A stretch of 63,671 nucleotides of DNA, the filler included, from Octopus bimaculoides (taxonomy: Eukaryota): assembly GCF_001194135.2 (NCBI RefSeq). It is 5 parts of 4 records of this genome, joined end to end, with 100 filler letters (N's around TTAATTAATTAA, not from the genome) between each part and the next. Parts side by side here need not be neighbours in the genome. Positions count along the whole stretch, not along the records: positions 32,365 to 53,727 come from NC_068982.1; positions 53,828 to 63,671 come from NC_068987.1; 3 more parts are not named here. One strand, given 5' to 3'. Numbering within the stretch: the first letter of the stretch is position 1; every line of letters starts with the position of its first letter. The position numbers and the translations under genes are program-made. Of the stretch, positions 50,221 to 63,483 are shown one piece after another. The notes below the pieces were generated by a model. That model ran no database searches. It saw only the letters and a list, made by a program, of their open reading frames with translations, and was not told where the DNA came from.

Positions 50221-53200
50221 CATTTTATATTATGTGTGCCAGAATATGTATATTTACGGCACCAATGTAAGATCTGGTTAGAAAAACTTTACAATTACAT
50301 GCTTCATTTAAAAGAAATATAACATTACCCACTATCATTATAACAATTCAGAATAAGGCTAAGTAATTTTTACCGTTGAAGAAACAATCCTGTTATCACA
50401 TGTATTGTAATTGGCTTCCCGCAGTCGTTGGTCACAATTATATCACTTATCAATTTATAATATACCAAGGTGCAGATTATTCTACTGTTATGTTAATAGA
50501 TTATATTTCTAAAATAAATGTTGGATAGATCATTAGATGCATTGGGCATATCCCTATGGAACATAATACTTTGGAATGTGATAGCATCTAAGGTCACTTC
50601 TACATCCGTTTAAGATAGTATAGTAGCCTCCCTTGTCAAACAACAACCAGCTGATAGCTTTACTTTAACAGCTGTGTAAAGTTTGATTGCAGAATATTAA
50701 TCATCTTTCTTTATAGTTGAAATAAATGAAGTGGAAAAACGTCCGACTCCAGCCTTGGTCTATCTTTGTACTATCTGGGATATATCAGCAATCAAATAAT
50801 GTTTAATAAATGTTTGTTGCCTAATAGTGGCAATATGCTACGGTGATATTTCATATTTACATCATAGAATTCCTCCATTATATATCGCTCGAAATATCAT
50901 TCTAACAATTCCACATAACAAATGTGCCTTAGCATCAGAATAACTTTTATCTCTATAACTATGGATTAAAAATTTTCTTCCGAAAAAATATAATTGCTAT
51001 TTGAAGAGGAAGAAATATCACAAATTTAAGAATCAGAGTCGTCTTTTATGCATGCGGCATGCGAATATTGAAAGAAAATGCCAATTGGATAATAATTGCA
51101 AGGAGCTCATTGGGAAATATTCAAAATGTACTGAAAAACATTTCACACGAATTTATTTGTGGCAAGGGTTTGTATAATAGAGGTCATGCATCAAGCTAAA
51201 AGTGATCAGATTCAATAACATTTACCTTCACCTTTGCTACTTCGGTCGATTTTGTATCTAATCAATCTCATATTTTTTCCTCTTCGTATATATATTTTTT
51301 TGTCAAATATGAGTTTTATACATTAATGAATGTGATAATAAAAAGGATTTATATACACGTTAGCACAAAAGCTTTTGCGTTAGTATAATATTTGATTTTT
51401 CATACTTGCTTTGATTTGAAACAATAATTCTCCATTTACAGCTATGAATATAAAATAAGAAATATAAAAACGACTAACAACTCATTATCGACCATTCCAC
51501 AAAATTTATAATCTTCTGTAAAATTCGAATAAATCTGAGGGGATTCTAATGCTTTAGCCATCAACTCTGTGGATAGGAAAAGTTTGGCGTGGTAAAAACT
51601 ATGTAATCAGAGATGATAAAAGAGTCGACATCATTAATGTGGAAATTAAAAGGTTTAATACTAATGTATCAGATTAATTCTTTGAAAGCCACCGCTCTCA
51701 ACAAACTTCTTAATTCCTATATAGCTGATTAAGCTAGCTTGTGTTGGTAGAAGCAAATAAATGTAGTTGTGAGTGTGTATTAGTATCATTGCTGATACAA
51801 TACATCTTTTGATGGATGACCGAAATAAATCATAATTTTCATAGACGTTGTAAGGAACGAATGCACTAGAGGTTTAATACATTAAGTTATTCATTTTCTT
51901 ATCTGTCGATGATGGACTTCTCTAAACTTAGACATGATTATGTCTTCTATAATCCGAAATAAAAATGAAATTCTAACTAGAATTAATAAGTGAAAATGTT
52001 CTATTAGCTAGCATTAAGTCTATAAGATATATCTCGCGTACGAAATGAACAACAGATGAATACATTTTTACAAATGCTACCAAACTAAGTTTATACACAG
52101 AACTACTTTTACCCACCAAAATGTTTGTATGCATAGGATTGATACAAGTACAAAATAAAGAAAAATCCAGTACTCAGAATAAACATTTCTGATGTCTTGG
52201 TCTGACATCGTATGCTTACAATACACGAAATATCGCTCAGGATTATAAATGGAAAATGTTCTGCATATATGTAAATTTGAATATATTTTCAACTCACATG
52301 AAAATGCTAATTTGATATTGTTGAAATATGATCCTTAATATGGCTTTTTTAAATAAATTATGTTATTAAAATTAATCATGTATTTAACAAACATTATTAT
52401 TTTATTTCAAAGAATGTTATTAATGCAACATAATACAAACGTTTGCAGAGTCTGGTGCTGCAATCTTATTACAGTCTATTTTTTAATAATATATTCCAAA
52501 TGTTTGAATCGCATTTGAGCAAACTGTCATATCACTTTCACAAATAATTTAGAAACCGAATTGCGCTAAGTTTTGTTGTATTTCTTTGTCTAACACACGC
52601 AGACATAGAAATGTATGAATCGTATTCTTATAGATGTATCCGGAACACAACGGCTATGCTGGGTAAATATGTTAGATATGGCATGTCTCCTCATACGTTC
52701 ATGATATCAATATATATCTAAGTGAATTCTGTCGAAATATTGCTTAAATGCTCTGACACTTCTTTACAAAATTTAGATGTTTCATGAATGTCTCAATATA
52801 TTAAATTGTTCTAACCTTAAAGAACAAAGAATTATTCAAAATGAATTAAATTTCGAAAAACTACACTGGTTAAATCGACTTTTTCGCAAGTTATACATAG
52901 ATACATCCCTCTGTCTCTGTCACCCTCACTGGATACACACACGCACGCACACTTACATATTTGTGAGTACGTTTTTGTATGTAAATATATCTAGATATAA
53001 AATATCAAATGTGTAGTAGGCTTTTGGAATGTAAATAAATGCAATGTAAAAATTTACATCTATTAATTGTATATTTAAATTTACTGCATGCATTACTTTG
53101 ACGCTTGTTCAAATATCTCACCGGATATTTGTCGTGATATATAATGCAGATTACAACCTAGTTATCCTTAATATATATTTATTACAGAAAATAATTCATG

Positions 53201-55734
53201 TGTCTAAGTGCATTTGTTATCAGAAAATTTACTAACAACACCAACACACACACGCGTGCACACACACACTCACACACATACATACACACACACACACACA
53301 TACACACGCACTCACACACACACACATTGATACTGAGAAACACATTATTGTAACGGAGAGAAAAATAAATTTGCATCAGACAATCAAAGATATAGATTCA
53401 ATACTCATAAGATAAAAGCATTGATTCTTCATGAGAAAAGAAGTAAAATATTTATATAAACAAATTATTATTTTGAATAAGACAATGACATTTTCTGTAA
53501 ATTTAATGTCTCATTATAATACATTCATTATTGCACATATTTGCATTATTATTCCATTTTCACAAATAATAATTAATTGACTTAGAATACAAATAAGCAC
53601 ATTTTTATGACAATACGTTTTTGTACAGTCTGTCATTTATTTAGCAAATATTATATTGATACATACAGACAAAAACACACATACAGAATTATACGAGCAC
53701 ACACATAGAAATATGCATATATATATANNNNNNNNNNNNNNNNNNNNNNNNNNNNNNNNNNNNNNNNNNNNTTAATTAATTAANNNNNNNNNNNNNNNNN
53801 NNNNNNNNNNNNNNNNNNNNNNNNNNNATGTATGTATGTATGTGTGTATATATATATATACACACACACACCCACAACACCTTCCCCTCCACACACACAC
53901 TAACACCGACCACTTCTCTGCACCCACACCACATACTAATACCCACACACCCACACACAATCTTCAATAACGTCACCACACATCCCACTATGCGAGCAGC
54001 AGCAGCACACACTGTTTAACTCAGTACACACATCACACACCATTATGCACACTCCCACTCTCACATAGCACATAATACCTGAACACAGACAATATATACA
54101 CACACGCAACTCATATAGACAAAGATAGCTTTCGCCCACAATAATACACTATACATATGCACACTAGTTGGTCTCACACACACACACACACACACACACA
54201 TGTGCACTCACCACTTGAAAAGGCACACATCAACTGCTACACACAACACACACACAAACACACATGTTACACACACACACACACACACACCAGACTCACT
54301 CGCCCCATACACGCATACACACTAACACACCATTCTCACATACATACACACATTTTCTGACTCATTGTGGGGATTTGAAAGAATTCTCATATCTCTTGTT
54401 GACCACATATAGACAGTGAGTTCCTTATGAACTTTTCTAAATTGTGTTATGAAGAGGAGTCAAATATGATCAAAATGGTAAACAAACTCGCTTACATATA
54501 CATATTCAGCAGCATAATGGTATGAACACTAAGTAAAACATTTCCTTTTAAATGTACAACAAGAGTGGTTGAGTGGTTCTATTACATAAAAGAAAAGACT
54601 TTGTTGTTTTCTTAGCTTGTTTTTTTTTGTGTTCTGAAAGAGTTAGGAAGTGATATTGTGATTTAAAAATAATATGCCTAATACTTTGAGTAATCAAGTG
54701 GTATCTGAAGCTCTTTGACTCATATTGTTAATTATTTTTTCGAAAATTTACTTTATCAATACCTGCGGCCCACAATTAGCACTTATTCACGGCACGTGTT
54801 TAATAATGCATATGTATGAGCCGTACATATGTGGACCCGTACTTCGAAACGTATAATCTTATTTCTACGAAGAAACATTTCCCAGATTCTCGTAATTATG
54901 AATTGAAACTTGGACAATACATTCAGAAAGCATCAGAAACAAATAAGAATTAGAAAAAAAAAAAAAAATTGGTGACGCAAAATTTGAAACATTAAACTCG
55001 AAACTACATCAAATGAAACAAGAACTAGTAACAAATGAAGAATAAAAATATAAATCAACGTATTATAAATGCTAAAACTGCTGAATTAACGGTTCACCAA
55101 AGACCTTAAATCAGTCTACCGTAACTTCTAGCGTAAACAACACAATTTCAGTAAAAGACACCCCATCAGAAGAACAAGTTAAAAGCCACTGGAAGTCTGA
55201 AATAACGGGTAAAACAATCAAGCTGCGTGGATGAAATAATTAGAACAAGACTACTAGCAAAGATGTTGAACAAGAACAGTGTGAAATAAGTGACACAGCG
55301 CGGGAAAAAAAGTTTTTGAGAAAATGGCAAAACTAAATTTCTGAAGGCCAGATCTTATAACAAAAAATTTCAAGTATTTGCTACAATAATTTCACCTTCT
55401 ATCATTGAGTTTGATTACATTATATGGAAAGAAAAATGGGTTCGAATAACCCAAATAGATACCAACCGCACTTACCCTTCTCATGTCAAAACATAGCCAA
55501 ACCAACCAGACTAGATATAACCAACCAATAACCTGTCCGAAAGTCACGTATAAGATATTCACTGGAATCACCAGTCTTTTCTCACTTGATCGTTTGCTCT
55601 CTGGGTAAGTTGGGTAATAGAAGGAAGCATGAGGCGGTATAGAGTTGCTACTTATTAACCAAGTGATTCAAGACATCACAAGGGGAAAAAAATATATGAA
55701 TTTAACTGCAGTACGGGTGAACTACCTGAAAAAC

Positions 55735-57232
55735 CTTTTTGAATTTGTTTAAGCAGGAACACGACGAGATGGTCATAACACCTCGGAAGCTGGTGTGTTG
55801 TTTATATCTCAACCTTAATGTAAACAGATTATGTTTCCTAAGTAGCGAAGGAAGCCGTTGTTTTCGATTCGAATAAATATAATCATATGAAAACTGAATT
55901 GTAACACGAGAAAATGAAAATGCCATAAAGTAATTACAGAGAAACATTAACCTGAGAATAGAAATGAAGAAAAAGAAAACAGAACAAATTTCTCTTCTAA
56001 AGGAAATTAGGAAAATCCTATCCTTATCCAAAAATATGACTGAATTATCCATATGACATCGATTACCAAGGCTATTCTATTAGACAAAGTTCTAAAATCA
56101 CAAGTAGCTGCTATTCAAAACCTAAACCTAACTAACCATAATACATTCTCTTACTCCTGCGAAATGAGAGGAAAAAAAAATTAATATCATAGATTATCCA
56201 AAAGCATCCTCCAGGGCAGGAGCTTGCGAGTTCTATAAAGTTTTCTGTTGTTAAGTTTATTATTATACTTATTCACAACAAAGCATAGGTACGGGATTCA
56301 CCGAACTAAAGATAAGAGCCTCCATGCAGTCGCTCGATCTTTTAAATACACCAACCAATTCCCCTTTAAAGTGCTACTTACTGTTTTAATAAAGGTGAAA
56401 CACATTTGACAGACTATATCTGAATAAAAGAAGGGACAGTCACGGACAGAATGCCTTTGACAATACATAAACTCTTCTGTGGTTCAGCAAAAACAACATA
56501 GTGTTTATAGAAATGAATATACTGTATATAAGCAAAATTCTTGCCTTTTCTATGAAAACAGTCTGAAGCTCTATAGGCCAAAATTTAATCAATCATATCG
56601 CATATCAAAAAATAATCGGATTTCGACGCCTGCAATTCAACCGAATTTGGAATCAAATTTGGTGATTGCAGATACGTATTTAGGGTAATAAGACGAAGAA
56701 AAACTAGTACGACTCACTAAGAAAACATAAATGACATAGCTTACAATACCCCTTATGAAGCCAGTTGAGAACTTGAAATATTTTGAACCAGATGAGATAT
56801 CAGGTGTGACGAACATATGACAAGACATGAATACTTCAAGAAATTATTAAAGAATAATGCTCATCACAGTTGTTAGTCTATGAAGAAGCATAGCGATACG
56901 AATTTATAAAAAGAATATACACTGGAAATTAAAACGATGACCAGTCACAAACGAACAGAAACACCGCAACTTAACCCACCACGCAGGAAACACATTAGAC
57001 TCCACGAAAGGAAGAAACAACACTCATATGGAATTAATGGTGCAACTGATAAATCTCGGTTTCGGGGCCCTCACAGAAAAGTGACACAGGTTCAGACAAG
57101 TGGTGAGATGAGTGACTTCTAGTGCATCCAATACATTCAAGTTATAGAAAAATGCGCATTAAACATTGATGATGATGGTCATGATGATGATGATGGTCAT
57201 GATGATAATGATGGTGTTGGTGATGATGATGG

Positions 57233-57280
<48 letters not shown>

Positions 57281-57865
57281 CGACGATGACGACAACGACG
57301 ACGAAGACGATGACAACGAAGACGATGACGACGAAGACGATGACGATGATGATGATGGTAATAGTCATAGAGTTGTTCAGTATCTAGTTTATGCCACTCC
57401 ATCATTTTAGAAGTATTTTTGTGATTTTTCCCTTCTTTTTACTTCATTGAAATGTCAGTGAGAGTAAATATTTTTATTTAAGGTAAAAAGATTTTTGAAA
57501 AATTTTCTTACCGTAATAAAGCTGCGCCCATTTTCAGCGCCTACCTTGACTTCTGCATTTGGCCTTTTGAATTAGTTTATGCAAGAACCTGACGAGATAA
57601 TTATAATACTTCGGAAGCTGGTGTGCTGTTTATATTTCAACCTCAATGTAGACAGATTGTGTTACCTAAGTAGAGAAGGAAGCCGTTGTTTTCGATTCGA
57701 ATAAATATTATCATATGAAAACTGAATTGTAACACGAGAAAATGAAACTGCCATAAGGTTAATTAATGAGGAACACTAACCTGAAAAGAAAAATGTAAAA
57801 AAAAAAAAAGAAAAGAAAGAAAGACCAAATATCTCTTCTAAAGGAAATGAGGAAAATCTTATCTC
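55735..57865 (+). repeat. ~290-bp direct repeat pair: 55735-56025 and 57565-57865
   Basis: Shared sequence from CCTTTTGAATT through GGAAGCCGTTGTTTTCGATTCGAATAAAT to CTCTTCTAAAGGAAAT; scattered substitutions. Confidence 0.9.
57166..57360. repeat. (GAT)n/(GAC)n trinucleotide array inside the LINE remnant
   Basis: Directly visible; explains the poly-His, poly-Met and poly-Ile ORFs. Confidence 0.95.
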
Positions 57866-58510
57866 TGTCTCAAAATAGACCAGTTCACTGATAGGGTTAT
57901 ACTCAAAGCAAACTCATTGACCACGGAAGGAATAAATCGCACCAAATATCTAACACGGAGTATAGAGTGTTTATATGTCACATTTCATACATATGTATTG
58001 TCCTACACACACGCACACACATCTATACTATGATGGAGAAAGCTGCTTGTTAATTAGGTATGTGACAATTACTAAAAGTACCAAAAGAAAGCGATTATTA
58101 AAGGGTTGTTCTAAGAAATTTCCTATTATTTCTCAAATTTACTGAATTTTTTAAACTCCAATTTCTCGCAAATTTAAATATTCAATGCGTCCAATTCATT
58201 ACAAATTTACATATTCATTGCATTCACTGCGGAGTATTCCATTTTCATTTGCAAATCTCACTTTTCCTTTTAAGTCTTAATTCACTATTTATGTATACGT
58301 AATGTAAAAACATTATTTATTAAATGAAAATTTTTTAAAATAACCGTATAACTTTTGAACGCAGGATAGCTGTGAGAAGAGCCTAGAAAGTTGGGTAATT
58401 ACTATTAGAGACGAGGAGACAAAAAACAAAAAGTTACCGGCAAGTACCCGAAACTTGCAGCTTATTCGCAGTTTCCAAACAAATTCAACAGTGACACACA
58501 CACACACACA

Positions 58511-58543
<33 letters not shown>

Positions 58544-58615
58544 CACGCACACACCAATACACACTCGCGCACACACATAGATACACACAAATGAAAGGCA
58601 ATGAATGTGTGTGTA

Positions 58616-58673
<58 letters not shown>

Positions 58674-59133
58674 TTACTAACAAGACTTCGTGCTGCATCA
58701 CTTTTGTGAAGTTTTGTCAATGAATAGGTCGCGGTTTCAAAGCGACGAAAATATTTTGACACAAATGAAGTTTTAATGTTGAAGTAAAATGGTTTATAAA
58801 CATCTTCCCCGCTTCAATTGTTTTTCTTTCAGCACACGATCTCAGATCAAGTCACTGTGGATAAGTGCCAGCAATGACCTTCTCAGGCTCTGCAATATTT
58901 TAATTTCTAAGCAGAAACAATCGGAGGCAGGGAGAGGGATTGCGAAAAATTCATAATTTCTCAAATTTTCTTTTTTTATAGCATATAAATGTATTTATAG
59001 GGAAAAAGGTTTGAAAACCATCAATACATGCGACAATGCTAAAGAAACGAGAAAGGTTGTCTTTGAATGTGATAGAAACAGCAGCCAAATCGCTCTTAAA
59101 TCACTTTTCCCTCTGAAAATATTAACAATTTTA

Positions 59134-59303
59134 AAGGCGGTGAGCTGGCAGAAACGTTCTGAGTTCAAATTCCGCCGAGGTCGACTTTGCCTTCCATCCT
59201 TTCGGGGTCGATAAATTAAGTACCAATTGCGTACTGGAGTTGATCTAATCGACTGGCCCCTTCCTCCAAAATTTCGGGCCTTGTGCCTAGAGTAGAAAAG
59301 AAT
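59134..59303 (+). mobile_element. SINE family B copy with a 47-bp internal deletion
   Basis: AAGGCGGTGAGCTGGCAGAAACGTT|CTGAGTTCAAATTCCGCC; probable TSD AACAATTTT on both sides. Confidence 0.9.
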
Positions 59304-59991
59304 AGCAACAATTTTTATTATTTTTTTTATCGAAAAAGTACAAAAAGAAAAAAGAAATTGGCCAAAATAGGTCCGGAGTGGGATGTTGAAGGGTGGGGGT
59401 GTGTGTAAAAAAAGAGCTTTCAAAACTTATTCATTCAAAGATGCCTAACCCAACCCCATCATTTCGAAGGCTGTGGTTTAAAAGAAATGGGGGGAATCCC
59501 CCCCCCCCCAATGTTCCTCACAACTTTCTTTATAATCGTAATCTATGCCGTTTGAAAGGGATTTGAATAAATTTTCTTTAGAAAATACCCATCTTCCTGA
59601 AAGTTATGAAGGAAAAAAAGTCAAATCGTGTGAATTTTCTGAAACTCCTCTCTCCAGCCCCTCACAAAAATTCTTTCCCATAAATCCCTATGTACTCTGA
59701 AGCTACAACATCTAAGTGGTATTTGTAGAAAGTTTTGTTAAAAGGTATCAATTTTTCTGGATGTTATGAGGCAACAAATTCGAGGGCGTATACATCTGTA
59801 GTAATGGCCTTTTATTTATACGATCTTTTTTCATTTCATGTTTATTTCATTCGTTGTTTGCAATGTTTTTTCTCTTATTCTATCTCTCTCTCTCTCTCTT
59901 TCTCTCTTTCTCTCTCTCTTTCTCTCTCTCTTTCTCTTTCTCTCTTTCTCTCGCTCTCTCTCTCTTTCTCTCCCTCCCTCTCTCTCTCCCC

Positions 59992-60025
<34 letters not shown>

Positions 60026-60360
60026 TAGACTCACACACTGCAAAGCTTGCAGATGAGCTGGTGAATTGAAATCTTTATGTTGCTTTCAGAGGAAAGTAAA
60101 ACTTGACAAATTGCTTCTCCCTCTGTTTTGGACTATCGTGATGTTTGTTTAAAAAACAGAGAGATTATGATAGTGATAAAATAATCAAAGCAATTCTTAC
60201 TAAGCAAGTGGCCACTATTATGCAAAGAAATATTTAGACGTAAAATATAAAAATTATTAGAAATGGGAATCAAATGTGAAAATATTATGAAGGGGCTAGC
60301 AGAAAACCGCCCGGAGGATGGTCTTTCTGCTAGTATACATAATTATATATATATATATAT

Positions 60361-60757
60361 GGTGGTGGTTGTCTACTCCTTAAACAGAGTTTGACCACCT
60401 CCTGCACCTACACCTTAGCCCTTTCATGGCGTCTGATGTGGCTTTTTAAACCAGACAGTGTTTTGAAAAAACACCCACACAGATTGCACCTCTGATTTGC
60501 ACTACCAATACCTGCAAGTAAGTTCTGCTCATTGTGGATCCTAACATGTCTTTTAAGACCCACATTGGATTTGCAAACCCTCTGGCACACACCACATTCA
60601 AACGTGTGCACAGACATATAATCAGAATAGCTGGGTGAGGTTTGTTTTCCATGGGTTCGCAGGTGAGATTTGAGGCCAGCCAAGGACAGACATGGTCTGT
60701 CACAGACTGTGCACACAAAAAGGTCCTTGTCATTCACCTTCTCAGTCTTCATATATA
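60361..60757 (-). mobile_element. 5'-truncated LINE (RTE-like) 3' end: zinc-finger C-terminus, 47-nt 3' UTR with stem-loop and (ACC)n tail, next to (AT)n
   Basis: After the stop: GTGCAGGAGGTGGTCAAACTCTGTTTAAGGAGTAGACAACCACCACC then (AT)n. GGTGGT...ACCACC can pair. The CxxCxRxCxSxxGLxSHxRxH finger type resembles RTE ORF C-termini (from memory, not searched). Confidence 0.55.
60408..60752 (-). CDS. Intact 114-codon frame with three C2H2 zinc fingers; probably the C-terminus of a 5'-truncated RTE-type LINE ORF, possibly exonised
   Basis: Three C-x2-C-x12-H-x3-H motifs: CTVCDRPCLSLAGLKSHLRTH, CGVCQRVCKSNVGLKRHVRIH, CNLCGCFFKTLSGLKSHIRRH. Linkers are 14-16 aa and not TGEKP. TAG at 60410-60408. 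The ORF-track extension to 60974 is CT-microsatellite noise. Confidence 0.7.
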   Translation of the reverse strand: MKTEKVNDKDLFVCTVCDRPCLSLAGLKSHLRTHGKQTSPSYSDYMSVHTFECGVCQRVCKSNVGLKRHVRIHNEQNLLAGIGSANQRCNLCGCFFKTLSGLKSHIRRHERAKV

Positions 60758-61247
60758 CTGAGAGAGAGAGAACGAGGAAGATGGAGAGAGAAGAGAGAAA
60801 CGGAGAGAGAAGAGAGAAACGGAGAGAGAAAGAGTGCCACAGATACGTGAACCAGATAGTGTTGCGGAACCTATCCTTATATTGAGAATTAAGTGTTGGC
60901 TTTGTATCTAATTTTGTCATTGAAATTGTTATTTGCTTAAATGCTGCTGTAATACGGGGCTGCGCTTTTAACAATCGTGAAACTAGAAGAGCGATTAGAA
61001 ATTCTTTCCGCTATTATTATTGATTAGTTTTTTAAAATCTAGACCAGGGCATGATGTGCATTTTATGTTTCCGTATCCTTTTGGGTTTGTTATACAGACC
61101 ATAATTGTTGTATTAAGGTTGTGTTAATTTTTATTTTTAGGCCTACTAAATTAAAGATGCTGCTAGGCTCTTTCGCAATTCAGTCTAACACATATTCGGC
61201 AGCGTACATGGTCTCGATTAATCCATTATCTCTATATAAGTTGGAGT

Positions 61248-61614
61248 GGAAGTGCAATGGCTCAGTGGTTAGGGCAGCGGACTCGCGGTCATAGGATCAC
61301 GGTTTCGATTCCCAGACCGGTGTTGTGAGTGTTTATTGAGCGAAAACACCTAAAGCTCCACGTGGCTCCGGCAGGGGATGGTGGCGAACCCTGCTGTACT
61401 CTTTCACCACAACTTTCTCTTACTTCCTGTTTCTGTTGTGCTTGTAATTCAAAGGGTCAGCCTTGTCACACAGTGTCACGCTGAATATCCCCTACGTTAA
61501 GGGTACTCGTGTCTGTGGAGTGCTCAACCACTTGCAAGTTAATTTCACGAGCAGGCTGTTCCGTTGATCGGATCAACTGGAACCCTCGACGTCGTAAGCG
61601 ACGGAGTGCCAACA
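61248..61614 (+). mobile_element. tRNA-derived SINE family C (subtype 1)
   Basis: TGGCTCAGTGG...GGTTTCGATTCC head; colinear with the 8670 copy. Confidence 0.9.
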
Positions 61615-61974
61615 ATATAAGTTGAATCCCTTATCTAATCTATGTTTTAAAAGATCCAGAACTTCTTTAAATTTTAGGTCGACATTGACGTTTTACTTTA
61701 TAAGGTCGATTTAAAAAATTGTAGTTAAAATAAAATTAGCATCTAACAAAAAAGGCATGTATGGGGGAGGGTGCGTGGTAAATAGCGTTGAATGAAATAT
61801 AGTTATGCTGTTATGTTCAAACATATTTAACATGTTCGTCTATACTCGGACATGGAAACAATATGCTTTGCAAAAATTTCTCTAGAGAAGAAATTATATC
61901 ACCGGACAGTTGGGTGCGTGCTTTTCTGCGTGTTTACCTTTCATTAGCTCTGTATACCTGGCGGTCATTCATGA

Positions 61975-62186
61975 TCACACTAAGGGAGCTCGTCGTTAGC
62001 ATGCCAGACAAACAGCTTAGCAGCGTTTCATCCGTCTTTACGTTTTGAGTTCAAATTTCGAGGTAGCCAACTTTATCTTTCATCATTTCGGTGGCGATAA
62101 AATAAGTACCAGTTGGGCACTGATCGATGTAATCGACTTAACCCTCACCCCTACCAAATTTCTGACCTTGTACTGAATTTTGAAAC
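61975..62186 (+). mobile_element. SINE family B copy (degenerate)
   Basis: GTTAGCATGCCAGAC...TTACGTTTTGAGTTCAAATT...GATAAAATAAGTACCAGTT...GATGTAATCGACTTA. Confidence 0.75.
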
Positions 62187-62505
62187 CAATATCTTCAGGT
62201 AAAAAATTTGGTAAATAAAATAAAATGAAATGAAAACAAACCAAGTTTTTTACTCTACGGATATTCACACATTTCCAGATGTATCTTCAATAATACGATC
62301 AATTTTCGCTACAAAATCGTGTTTGATAGCCGATAACCGTGATATGCATCCATATATATTTATACATATGCATACATAAATATATGTATATATTTATATA
62401 TATATATATATATATACTGTTGTATCTGGGGAGAGTCGTTCTCTTTTAGTGCCTATTAATTTAACACACTCACCGGTAAAATTTCCACACACACATATAT
62501 AGACC

Positions 62506-62551
<46 letters not shown>

Positions 62552-63058
62552 CTTGGGACGGTAGAATATGATATGCGGGATATTTGGCTGCTATTTCTAA
62601 AAGAAGGGTTGTTAATATGGTTGCTTGCCCAAAGTCATTCCTGATCGAGGTGACTTATAAGGAAAGACATTCTAATCATGGCCACCCAGTCCGTATGTCA
62701 CACATGATGTATTCCTAATACGATTATACGAAGTATCCTCTTTTTTTAAACGATACATTGTGATTTAAGACGCATTTGATTGTTGTTTCTAGCAGTTACT
62801 ATCACCACAGAGGGGCTCCCTTCATTAACCCGTCCCTTATTGGTAGATGGGATAGGTTGATGATGAGTCGTGGGAGATGAAGGGAATTGTCAGACTTTAC
62901 GGCGAGTTATTATGGTTGGGTGTGGGTTTTCGGCTGTTTTGGAAGAATTGTTGTGAAAGGCATTTTCAGATGGAGGGAAGTGGGGTTAGAGTGTATTAGT
63001 GCCGTATTGTGTGTCTTGAATGAATGCATGTATGCGTCTGTTTATGTATGTATGTATG

Positions 63059-63089
<31 letters not shown>

Positions 63090-63483
63090 TTTATTTTTTA
63101 GAGATAAATTTTCTCTATATATGGAGGACACACCGAAGCGCTCAAGACGTTTGAACCCTAGGAAAAGTAAAGATGAGAAGCAAAAGACTGGTTACCAATA
63201 AGCATATAATAAAATATATTCTGTGCACATAGTTTTTATAACAGAATATATTTTATTACATGCTTATTAATAACCAGTCTTTTGTTTCTCATCATTATGT
63301 ATGCGAATGTGTGTATGTATGTATATATATGTATACACACACACATGTATGTATGTATGTATGTATGTATGTATGTATGTATGTATATTGATGTCTGTGC
63401 GTGTATATTTGTGTTTGTGTATATGTGTGAATGTGTGTATGTGTATGAGTCCACTTGTCTTTATTTGTATGTGAATATGTGTA

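Larger units (their letters stand above)
55150..57865 (+). mobile_element. Scrambled R4/Dong-like LINE remnants
   Basis: PITCPKVTYKIFTGI at ~55525 (cf. YRPITCLxxxYKxLTxI); VxVxY..KxF remnant at ~55710; NVDRLCYLSREGSR (cf. DVDRLYLPRxEGGRG) twice; HRVVQYL after the (GAT)n tract. Many stops. Confidence 0.6.

Noticed and set aside
57142-57405. Poly-His, poly-Met and poly-Ile ORFs
   Set aside because: Three readings of a (GAT/GAC)n microsatellite.
60753-60974. N-terminal 74 aa of the 188-aa ORF as part of the zinc-finger protein
   Set aside because: Runs through the CT/AG microsatellite and AT-rich flank; no protein-like signal.
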